Both the position numbers and the translations under genes were made by a program. Of a DNA stretch of 31,911 bases, positions 15,843 to 22,834 are shown one piece after another (within the stretch, counting starts at the first letter, position 1; the number at the start of each line of letters is the position of its first letter). The notes below the pieces were generated by a model that was not told where the DNA came from, did not search any database, and worked only from the letters and a program-made list of their open reading frames with translations. This stretch comes from a virus: IMG/VR virus record IMGVR_UViG_3300045988_123119. One strand, written 5' to 3'.

Positions 15843-16298
15843 ATGCGCGACGTTTGCCCCAAGTGCCTGCATCGCGTGAAACCAGAACACGTGGAGGGGG
15901 CGGGCCAAGGATACGCGCAGCTATGGCGTTGCCCTAAGTGCGGTGGGGAAGAGAAGATGTGCCGATGGCTCTTCAAGCTGCCAGAGGAAAAGGCAACACC
16001 CACGCCAGAGCAGAACAGGCGCAAACGTGAGAAGAAGCGTGAATGGGAGAGGGCGAACCGCTACCGAATCAACGAAAGAAGGCGCAAGCGGTACGCGGAA
16101 GACCATGAGTACCGCAAGAAGATGCGCGATGCACGGAAAAGGTACTACGAGCGCCACCGTGAAGAAATCCTTGCGAAAAACGCGAAGTATCAAAGGGAAA
16201 ACGCCGATTACATCAGGTACATGCGCAAGCGGCGAAAGCTCATGCGCTACCGCGAGCAGAAGTTGAAAGAGCAGAAGGAACAAGAATGTCTGAGCTAG
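15843..16298 (+). CDS. Zinc-ribbon protein with a long Arg/Lys/Tyr-rich helical repeat region
   Basis: CPKC...CPKC is at the N-terminus, followed by about 100 aa of basic, Tyr-punctuated repeats. Confidence 0.55.
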   Translation: MRDVCPKCLHRVKPEHVEGAGQGYAQLWRCPKCGGEEKMCRWLFKLPEEKATPTPEQNRRKREKKREWERANRYRINERRRKRYAEDHEYRKKMRDARKRYYERHREEILAKNAKYQRENADYIRYMRKRRKLMRYREQKLKEQKEQECLS

Positions 16299-16576
16299 TC
16301 AATTTCGGCCATAGCCCGCTGCTCGAAGCCATGCCCACATTCTCAACATGGAAGGGCAGTTTCAGTGCTGCCGACAAGCAGGCGATGGCCGACGCGCTCC
16401 AAACGATTAGAACAGCAATTGTTCAGCCAGTCGGTGCAAACTCAAACGCCAAGCGACGTAGCGCGAAGTGCGTTACAGATGCGAAATACGACATCGCGGT
16501 AATAACTGTACTTTGCGCGGCGATGTGCCTGCGGCTGTCTGGAAAGTTAGACGAGATCGAAGCAGAGGAGGATTGA
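16286..16576 (+). CDS. Hypothetical protein
   Basis: GAAGGA RBS is present and the gene overlaps the previous gene by 13 nt. Confidence 0.5.
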   Translation: MSELVNFGHSPLLEAMPTFSTWKGSFSAADKQAMADALQTIRTAIVQPVGANSNAKRRSAKCVTDAKYDIAVITVLCAAMCLRLSGKLDEIEAEED

Positions 16577-17167
16577 ATGACAACTCAAATCACACTGCCG
16601 AAAGATGCCGAGGGACGAGAGATTCCGCTGGACACAAAGGTGCTTTACAGCTTGAGCGGCGAGGAGTACGAGGTGGACGAGTTCACTTATTCGCCTTCCG
16701 AGAATATCTGGGGGGTGGCCTTCGCTAAACAATTCGTGCATTTTTACACCTGCGACATGCAGCTGGCCCCGGTCGTCGTTCTTTCCGCAGACGGGAAGCC
16801 CGTCAGTATCGGTGACACGGTCTACTGCGACGACGACCCAGAGCCGTTGACGGTGAATAGTCTCACTGTCAGTGAATGCGGTCCCGTAGGCGTCCAATCT
16901 GCTGCCGGTGCGAACTACACCGTCCCTGCCGTGAGATTGACACACGAGCGCCCAGGCTGGGAGAAGCTGCTAGAAGACCTGGACAACGCGGCTAAAGGCG
17001 GAGACAACGCTGAATGTCTCTATTCGCGCAGAGAGGGCGTCGCAGCTGGCAGCCGGTGCTATGGATGCAAGCTATACAACCAAGATTACGGTAGCCCTGA
17101 GTGCGAGTACCTGGCCTATGCCGACATTGCCGCGCGAATCCGCAAGCTGGCGGAGAAGGAGGGCTAG
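16577..17167 (+). CDS. Hypothetical protein
   Basis: GAGGAGG RBS lies 5 nt upstream. The start overlaps the previous stop (TGAATG). Confidence 0.55.
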   Translation: MTTQITLPKDAEGREIPLDTKVLYSLSGEEYEVDEFTYSPSENIWGVAFAKQFVHFYTCDMQLAPVVVLSADGKPVSIGDTVYCDDDPEPLTVNSLTVSECGPVGVQSAAGANYTVPAVRLTHERPGWEKLLEDLDNAAKGGDNAECLYSRREGVAAGSRCYGCKLYNQDYGSPECEYLAYADIAARIRKLAEKEG

Positions 17168-17169
17168 CT

Positions 17170-17604
17170 ATGGCAAAGTACCGCAAAAGGCCAGTTGAGG
17201 TCGAAGCTTTTCAAATCTTGATGGGCACTCTGCGCAAGCGGGATTACCCCCAGTGGTTCGCCGATGCGATCGCGAGCGGCGTGGTGTACCGGAAGGCAAA
17301 TCCAGATTACCCAGTCGAATGCACCATCAGGACGCTCGAGGGCGAGATGGATGCGAACCTCTGCGACTACATCATCAAGGGAGTTAATGGCGAGCTGTAT
17401 CCATGCAAACCGGACATATTCGACAAGACGTATGAGAGGTGCCCCGTCAACGCTCTCAACACCTGCGATAACTGCAATCATGCACGCGAGGTCACGCTGC
17501 TTGACGGTTCGAGGATAACCGTGTGTGACGGGCAATCGGGCGAGATGGTGCAGGTCAACGCAGACGATACCTGCGACGATTGCGAACAGGTGGCGGTTGA
17601 ATGA
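17170..17604 (+). CDS. PGDYG-domain-like phage protein with a Cys-rich C-terminal extension
   Basis: AAGGAGG RBS is present. The motif CDYIIKGVNGELYPCKPDIFDKTYE resembles the PGDYG family signature. Confidence 0.5.
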   Translation: MAKYRKRPVEVEAFQILMGTLRKRDYPQWFADAIASGVVYRKANPDYPVECTIRTLEGEMDANLCDYIIKGVNGELYPCKPDIFDKTYERCPVNALNTCDNCNHAREVTLLDGSRITVCDGQSGEMVQVNADDTCDDCEQVAVE

Positions 17605-18248
17605 AGGTCTTTGAGCTATTCAGCGGAACGAGGTCCGTAAGCCGCGCATTCGAGAAACGCGGCCACAAAACGTTTGCGATCGACTACGACAGGCAGTTCC
17701 CGGCAAACGCGCATTGCGACGTCGAGACGTTGACGGCTGAACAGGTCATCGAGCGGTTCGGTAGGCCAGATGTCATATGGGCAAGTCCGGACTGCACGAC
17801 GTATTCGGTCGCCGCACTCGGCAAGCACTGGAAGAAGAACAAGGAGACCGGGGAGCTTGAGCCGCAAACGCCTTATGCGCAGAAGTGCGACCGGGCGAAC
17901 AGGCACATGATCGCGTTGATCCGCGAGCTGAATCCAAGGCTTTTCTTTATCGAGAACCCGAGGGGAGGCATGCGGACGATGGACTTCGCTTCCGGGATTC
18001 CCCGGTACACGGTCACCTATTGCCAGTACGGCGAGCGGTTCATGAAACCTACCGACATATGGACGAATTGCGCAGACCCGCAGCTCAAGCCGCCGTGCCA
18101 CAACGGCGATCCGTGCCACGAGGGAGCGCCGCGCCGATCGAAATCCGGTCTGCAAAAAGTAAACGGCAAGCGTGACAGGGCGAGGATTCCGGCGGCGCCT
18201 TGCGACCACATCGTCGATATATGCGAGAGGGAGATTACCGATGTCTAG
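17601..18248 (+). CDS. DNA (cytosine-5) methyltransferase, unusually short form (215 aa)
   Basis: Motif I FELFSGTRS, motif IV SPDCTTYS (PC), motif VI ENPRG and motif VIII-like CQYGERFMKPT are present. Very little sequence is left for a target-recognition domain. Confidence 0.65.
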   Translation: MKVFELFSGTRSVSRAFEKRGHKTFAIDYDRQFPANAHCDVETLTAEQVIERFGRPDVIWASPDCTTYSVAALGKHWKKNKETGELEPQTPYAQKCDRANRHMIALIRELNPRLFFIENPRGGMRTMDFASGIPRYTVTYCQYGERFMKPTDIWTNCADPQLKPPCHNGDPCHEGAPRRSKSGLQKVNGKRDRARIPAAPCDHIVDICEREITDV

Positions 18249-18441
18249 ACCAGAGCTGAGACCATGCCCCTTCTGCGAAGGCAAAGTCGTATTACTCGCG
18301 ACGGAGAAGATTTTTCCTTCTGGCCCTAATCGATATTACACAGAGTGCATATCATGTTTTGCACGCGGGCCGGTTAGCTCTACTCGCAAGTACGCAATCA
18401 TCAAATGGAACAGGAGCGTGCAATGCCAACAAAGAGGCTAA
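18241..18441 (+). CDS. lar: Lar-family restriction alleviation protein
   Basis: LRPCPFCEG...TECISCFARGP...AIIKWNR matches the Lar family pattern (CPFCG ... C..C ... A...WN.R). The ATG overlaps the methyltransferase stop. Confidence 0.7.
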   Translation: MSRPELRPCPFCEGKVVLLATEKIFPSGPNRYYTECISCFARGPVSSTRKYAIIKWNRSVQCQQRG

Positions 18442-18653
18442 CCGCCTACGCGCTCAACAAGAAGGCCATCCAGAACTATCTGATTGACCGCGACCTAACG
18501 CAAGACGATTTTGCCAAGACCCTTGGAATCTCGACTTCGTATTTCAACGAGCTGATGAACGGGCGTAAAAGCATTTCGTTGAACATCCTGTCCTCCATTG
18601 CCGAAGAGACGGCTATAGACGTGCGCGATCTCATTGTGGAGGTTGACGAATGA
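18423..18653 (+). CDS. XRE-family HTH protein
   Basis: AGGAG lies 6 nt upstream of the ATG at 18423. The motif LTQDDFAKTLGISTSYFNELMNGRKS is present. Confidence 0.7.
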   Translation: MPTKRLTAYALNKKAIQNYLIDRDLTQDDFAKTLGISTSYFNELMNGRKSISLNILSSIAEETAIDVRDLIVEVDE

Positions 18654-18970
18654 TTACCGATAGGCAACGACGCGAGGTGGCTGAACGATTGAGGATTCTA
18701 GCATCTCACGCTCCTGCCGATAAGGACTATGTGCTCGATGCTTTGGGTCTCTATCCTGGCGAATATATCGACGGGTTCGATCCGTATCGCGTGAACGAGC
18801 TTGCCGACCTAATCGACCGTCTGACATGCCACCTTATCGAGGACGAGGACGGGTACACGGCCTGCTCTGAGTGTGGATGCACTGCGCTATGCATGCGCAA
18901 CGCGGTCTTCTGCCCTAGCTGCGGGGCGCGAGTGATTCACAATGAGGAAAACGATACGAGGTGGAAGTGA
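18650..18970 (+). CDS. Zinc-ribbon hypothetical protein
   Basis: GGAGG RBS is present. CSECG...CPSCG lies near the C-terminus. Confidence 0.55.
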   Translation: MITDRQRREVAERLRILASHAPADKDYVLDALGLYPGEYIDGFDPYRVNELADLIDRLTCHLIEDEDGYTACSECGCTALCMRNAVFCPSCGARVIHNEENDTRWK

Positions 18971-18974
18971 TCGC

Positions 18975-19229
18975 ATGACATCACCTAGCGAAGAAGCGGC
19001 CATGGTACAGGAGCGCGTTGATTCACCCGCGTGGTACCAAGGCCGCGTTGAGACAATCGAGAAAATCGAAACCGTAGTAGATGGCCTGCCCGCAAAGCAG
19101 GCTTATCTTTTAGGCCAAATCATCAGGTATTGCGATAGGGCCGGGCTTAAAGACGAAGTCTCGACCGACTTGGGCAAGGCCAACAACTACGCGCACCGCC
19201 TGGTCTACGGCGAATGGAGGGACGCATGA
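18975..19229 (+). CDS. DUF3310-like phage protein
   Basis: The motif GQIIRYCDRAGLK......DLGKANNYAHRL resembles the DUF3310 signature (KY..R...K...DL.KA..Y). Confidence 0.55.
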   Translation: MTSPSEEAAMVQERVDSPAWYQGRVETIEKIETVVDGLPAKQAYLLGQIIRYCDRAGLKDEVSTDLGKANNYAHRLVYGEWRDA

Positions 19230-19435
19230 GGATATTCGACCCGCGCCCGCTAAAAAAATGGATGGAGCGCAGGAGTATCGACGTAAACCAGATGGCAGAG
19301 ATGATTCAGATGGACAAGTTGACAGTCAAGAACATCCTGGGCGGTCGCGTTGACCCGCGCTTGGGGACGATGGCTGCAATCCATCGCGTGACCAAAATCC
19401 CATACGACATGATGATCAGGGGTGATGGCAAGTGA
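19226..19435 (+). CDS. HTH-type small regulator
   Basis: GGAGGG RBS lies 4 nt upstream. The motif VNQMAEMIQMDKLTVKNILGGR is HTH-like. Confidence 0.55.
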   Translation: MRIFDPRPLKKWMERRSIDVNQMAEMIQMDKLTVKNILGGRVDPRLGTMAAIHRVTKIPYDMMIRGDGK

Positions 19436-19454
19436 GCGATAAACCAGTAATGAA

Positions 19455-19652
19455 ATGCCGTTTTGCGGCAAGGAGTTCGTTAACGAATTCGGAGCAAAGA
19501 ACAAAGTCTATTGCTCTGCAAAATGCAAAAGAACGGCAAGCAACAGGCGGCGAGACCGCAGTAAGAAGGCCGCTGCGAAGGTTGATAGCTACATTCCTAA
19601 GCGCGCATCGTCGCCAGGGATACAGCGGATGCGCTGCTCCAACTCATGGTAA
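19455..19652 (+). CDS. Small zinc-ribbon/basic protein, with the N-terminal CxxC possibly disrupted
   Basis: FCGKEF...YCSAKCKR is followed by a basic tail. It is preferred over the overlapping frame 19432..19668, which translates to low-complexity sequence. Confidence 0.5.
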   Translation: MPFCGKEFVNEFGAKNKVYCSAKCKRTASNRRRDRSKKAAAKVDSYIPKRASSPGIQRMRCSNSW

Positions 19653-19712
19653 ACCGCTGGTATTTTGATACAATTATGCAGTTAAACGGCATAATTTGGG
19701 GGGGTTAATGCC

Positions 19713-20171
19713 ATGACGGCGAAAGAGTATTTCGAAGGCGTGAGGGCATGCCAGAGAGCCATTGATAGGCGCCTGGCCGTCCTCGCGTCGATGCGCGCCC
19801 GAGAGGAGGTGCGCGCCCAAACCTACGATGCTATCGGACACGCCACGGGCAACAAGGACGTTATGCGCGCCACTGACATTCGAATCGACGCGGAAAATGC
19901 GGCCCTCTCCGACCTCGCCGACATGCACGCCGAAGTGGAGGAGGGCCGCGAGCTCTGCCGTGGCGTCAGAGCAGCCAACGCAACGCACCGCTGGGCGGAC
20001 GCTTTAGAGCTACATTACGTAGAGGATATGACCTGGTACCAGACGGCCAACGCGCTAGGAATCTCAGAGCGCCAGGCCCAACTCGATGTATCGACCGCGC
20101 TAGACTGGATTGATTCAGTGGGCATAGTACAAGCAAAAAGCGGTATGGGCCAAACAGCCCTATTTAACTAA
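19713..20171 (+). CDS. Late-gene transcriptional regulator with a sigma-70 region-4-like HTH (ArpU/RinA/DUF1492-like by position)
   Basis: The C-terminal WYQTANALGISERQAQLDVSTAL is HTH-like. It is the last gene before the packaging module. Confidence 0.5.
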   Translation: MTAKEYFEGVRACQRAIDRRLAVLASMRAREEVRAQTYDAIGHATGNKDVMRATDIRIDAENAALSDLADMHAEVEEGRELCRGVRAANATHRWADALELHYVEDMTWYQTANALGISERQAQLDVSTALDWIDSVGIVQAKSGMGQTALFN

Positions 20172-20176
20172 CATGT

Positions 20177-20214
20177 AGCCCCGTGTGCTCAGGCATGCGG
20201 GGCTTTTCTGTTTT
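20177..20214 (+). terminator. Rho-independent terminator after the regulator gene
   Basis: An 11-bp stem (AGCCCCGTGTG / CATGCGGGGCT, two G-U pairs) with a 6-nt loop is followed by TTTTCTGTTTT. Confidence 0.75.
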
Positions 20215-20230
20215 AATGGCCCCCATGTTT

Positions 20231-20300
20231 CATTTCGCACTATTTCGCACATATGCGCTAACCTGCGGTAACATTCGCTCAATTGCGCTGCAATGCGTAT
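20231..20300. repeat. Seven consecutive 10-bp-phased repeats with invariant T-(T/G)-C-G core
   Basis: The blocks are catTTCGCac, tatTTCGCac, ataTGCGCta, accTGCGGta, acaTTCGCtc, aatTGCGCtg and caaTGCGTat. Columns 4, 6 and 7 are invariant. Confidence 0.8.
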
Positions 20301-20466
20301 CGATAATGCCGTATAAATATGGTGGCGCGCGTTTGGGGAGTACCGGACACGCCCTTATCTCAAAGGGGAGGGCTGCGCACATGCACAGCAGTCTATACAG
20401 CGGGCTATCCCTCCATAAGCGCGCCCCCTTCGCGCATATAGCCCGCGCACTTAGCAGGTGGTGCAC

Positions 20467-20784
20467 ATGTCGCGCAACGATCGCAACGGGCATCGCAGGC
20501 GCATACTCAGGGCTAGGGTGAAAGCCCTTGGCCTGCCGTGCGCCATATGCGGCGCGCCCATTGATTACTCACTGCCGGCGCTAGACCCATGGAGCTATGA
20601 GCTGGATGAAATCATTCCCGTTTCACTCGGCGGCTCAGAGCTTGACCCTGAGAACGTTCAGCCTGCTCACCGCATCTGCAATGAGCGCAAGGGCAATCGC
20701 ATAGGTTACGTTGCCGACGCGCTCGCGCCCAGCGCGCGCGAACCGCAATTGAAACCGAAAGCATCGCAAAATTGGTCATCCTGA
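20467..20784 (+). CDS. HNH endonuclease (terminase-associated type)
   Basis: CAICG...ELDEIIPVSLGGS...N.QPAHRICNERKGN is present. AGGTGG RBS lies 6 nt upstream of the ATG at 20467. The gene lies upstream of terS and terL. Confidence 0.85.
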   Translation: MSRNDRNGHRRRILRARVKALGLPCAICGAPIDYSLPALDPWSYELDEIIPVSLGGSELDPENVQPAHRICNERKGNRIGYVADALAPSAREPQLKPKASQNWSS

Positions 20785-20849
20785 CCTTTCATCGATAATG
20801 CCTAATTCCTGCTATTTTTATTAGTGTTAACAAAACCAGATGAAAAAGC

Positions 20850-20878
20850 GGGGTGGGGGGATGGCCCCCCTCCACCCC
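20850..20878. other. G/C-rich imperfect palindrome (hairpin-forming)
   Basis: In GGGGTGGGGGG-ATGG-CCCCCCTCCACCCC, GGGGTGG pairs with CCACCCC and GGGG pairs with CCCC, leaving a 3-nt bulge. Confidence 0.6.
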
Positions 20879-20968
20879 TCACGGCCCCCTTCGCGCATGG
20901 GCCGAAATACCCCCCAAGTGTGGAATTTCTCAAGGATTAAACAAAACAGCAGGTCAAATGAAGTTTCC

Positions 20969-20993
20969 AGCCGTCCTTCGGGGCGGCTTTTTT
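20969..20993 (+). terminator. Rho-independent terminator 22 nt upstream of terS, with no upstream CDS
   Basis: AGCCGTCC-TTCG-GGGCGGCT forms an 8-bp stem with a UUCG tetraloop, followed by TTTTTT. Confidence 0.8.
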
Positions 20994-21015
20994 ATTACCG
21001 ATTGGATGTGATCGC

Positions 21016-21396
21016 GTGCCCATCACAAAGCCTCCCGGAGTTAAGTCTGACGCTTTCAAATCCGCTAAATGGGACGAGCTGACGCATGGACGCGCGTTCA
21101 CACAGTCAGACGCACCGGCGCTATCACTGCTTTGCCAATGGTACAAAATCGCGGAGACAGCGCAGGAAGAGCTAGACAACTTCGGCGGACAGACGGCCTA
21201 CTCAAACGACATGGGCGATTTGAAGGCGTTCCCGCAAATCGGAACTTTGAAAACGGCAAGCGCGGAGATTCGGCAACTGAACAAACAGCTCGGAATCTGC
21301 GACGCCCACGAGGAGGCGGAGAGTGGCGCAAAGCAAGCAAGCATCCTCTCCATCGTCTCTGGAAACCGTGAGAAGAGGCAGGCAAGAACCGCGTAG
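21016..21396 (+). CDS. terS: Terminase small subunit (P27 family-like)
   Basis: GTG start. The size, the ...LLCQWY.....E.....G....N..G....P......A..EIRQL.K.LGI pattern and the position between the HNH and TerL genes support the call. Confidence 0.7.
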   Translation: MPITKPPGVKSDAFKSAKWDELTHGRAFTQSDAPALSLLCQWYKIAETAQEELDNFGGQTAYSNDMGDLKAFPQIGTLKTASAEIRQLNKQLGICDAHEEAESGAKQASILSIVSGNREKRQARTA

Positions 21397-22834
21397 GGTA
21401 TACCACGATGGCGCCGTCGCCTATAGCGAGGTTGACGACGCGGTAGCCCTCGGCGAAGACCTCGGTATCTCGCCCTTTCCATGGCAGCGCCACATCTTGA
21501 CGGACTGGTGCGCGTGCAGCGCGGACGGAAAGCCCGCCTATGTGACGTGTGGACTGGACGTGCCACGTCAGAACGGCAAGAACGCGGCGCTCGAAATCTA
21601 CGAGCTTTACCGACTTGCGGTCTGCGGATGGCATATCCTCCACACCGCCCACCGCGTGAAGACCGCCAAGAAAGCGTTTATGCGCCTCGTGCGCTACTTC
21701 ACCGATGAGCGCCACCCCGAGTTGTGCGAGCTGGTTGAGCGCATTCGCCGAACGAATGGCGAAGAAGCAATTTTCCTGAAAAACGGCGGCTCAATCGAGT
21801 TTATCGCCCGCACGAACGGAACGGCGCGTGGTTTCGACGATATCCAGCTGGTCGTGTACGACGAAGCCCAGGAGCTTACCGACACCCAGTACGACGCAAT
21901 AGCCTATACGCTGGCTGCATCGTCAACGGGAGAGCGCCAAATCCTGTACATGGGAACGCCTCCCAATGAGCGGAGCGCCGGAACCGTGTTCGCCCGCGTG
22001 CGCAAGTCCGTCCTAGAGGGCGGAATGCGGCGCATGTGCTGGGCATCGTGGGCTTGCGAGAAGCTCCCGCCCAAGGACTGCACGTTCGCCGACATCCTGG
22101 ATGAGATCTATCTATCCAACCCATCCATGGGATATGTGCTGGATGAGGGTTACACCGAAAGCGAGTTTGCGGGAGCAAAGGGAAATATCTCAGGTTTTGC
22201 CCACGAGCGCCTGGATTGGTGGAGCGGTTCGAGCAGCGCGAGCGCAATAGACGAATCGCTTTGGCTGTCTTTGGCTATCCCGCGCTCGCAGGTGCCCACA
22301 GAGGGCAAGAAGACCTTCGGCGTGAAGTTCTCCCCGGACGGTAGCCAAATCGCGCTGTGTGCTTGCAGATTGAGCGATGAAGGCAACGGATACGTTGAGC
22401 ATATCGGGCAAGGCACTTTGGCTGACGGCCTTTCCTGGCTTACTGATTTTCTCTGCACCGACGATATGGCCGATACCACAGCAGCCATTGCAGTGGATGG
22501 GCGGAACGGCGCTGCTGCGCTTCTCGACCGCTTGCGCGAGTATTACCCGCGCCAAGCCCTCTTTTCCACCACCACCAAGGACGTTATCAACGCAACGACG
22601 CTGTTCTCGCAAGCTCTTATCGATAAGACGTTGACACATTGGGACGGCGGCAAAGACAATGCGCAGCAGGCATTTAACGCAAGCGCGCTCGAAGCCCGCA
22701 GGCGCCCGATTGGCTCAGAAGGTGGATGGGCATACGGCGGCGATTCGTCCACACCGATAGAAGCGGCCGTTATCGCATACTGGGCCGCAAAAACGACAAA
22801 ACGCGACCCTGACGGGGGATGTGTGATTCTATGA
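21323..22834 (+). CDS. terL: Terminase large subunit
   Basis: Walker A-like VPRQNGKN and Walker B VVYDEAQE are present, followed by a C-terminal nuclease region. GTG at 21323 has AGGAGG 6 nt upstream but overlaps terS by 74 nt. The alternative GTG at 21368 has no RBS. Confidence 0.85.
   Translation: MAQSKQASSPSSLETVRRGRQEPRRVYHDGAVAYSEVDDAVALGEDLGISPFPWQRHILTDWCACSADGKPAYVTCGLDVPRQNGKNAALEIYELYRLAVCGWHILHTAHRVKTAKKAFMRLVRYFTDERHPELCELVERIRRTNGEEAIFLKNGGSIEFIARTNGTARGFDDIQLVVYDEAQELTDTQYDAIAYTLAASSTGERQILYMGTPPNERSAGTVFARVRKSVLEGGMRRMCWASWACEKLPPKDCTFADILDEIYLSNPSMGYVLDEGYTESEFAGAKGNISGFAHERLDWWSGSSSASAIDESLWLSLAIPRSQVPTEGKKTFGVKFSPDGSQIALCACRLSDEGNGYVEHIGQGTLADGLSWLTDFLCTDDMADTTAAIAVDGRNGAAALLDRLREYYPRQALFSTTTKDVINATTLFSQALIDKTLTHWDGGKDNAQQAFNASALEARRRPIGSEGGWAYGGDSSTPIEAAVIAYWAAKTTKRDPDGGCVIL

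Noticed and set aside
17616-18284. 222-aa minus-strand ORF antisense to the methyltransferase gene
   Set aside because: The product is Arg/Pro-rich with no motifs. The + strand frame carries clear C5-methyltransferase motifs. The same reasoning applies to the minus ORFs at 21098..21715, 22190..22639, 23029..23610, 25995..26654 and 31076..31553.
19432-19668. 78-aa ORF overlapping 19455..19652 in another frame
   Set aside because: Its translation is low-complexity (R/S/A-rich). The alternative frame carries a recognisable FCGKEF...YCSAKC zinc-ribbon pattern.
20183-21082. Track ORFs 20183..20521, 20230..20493 (-), 20840..21082 and 20937..21179 (-) in the regions flanking the HNH gene
   Set aside because: They have no RBS and low-complexity translations. 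They run through terminator hairpins and repeat arrays, so the regions are better explained as regulatory or packaging DNA.
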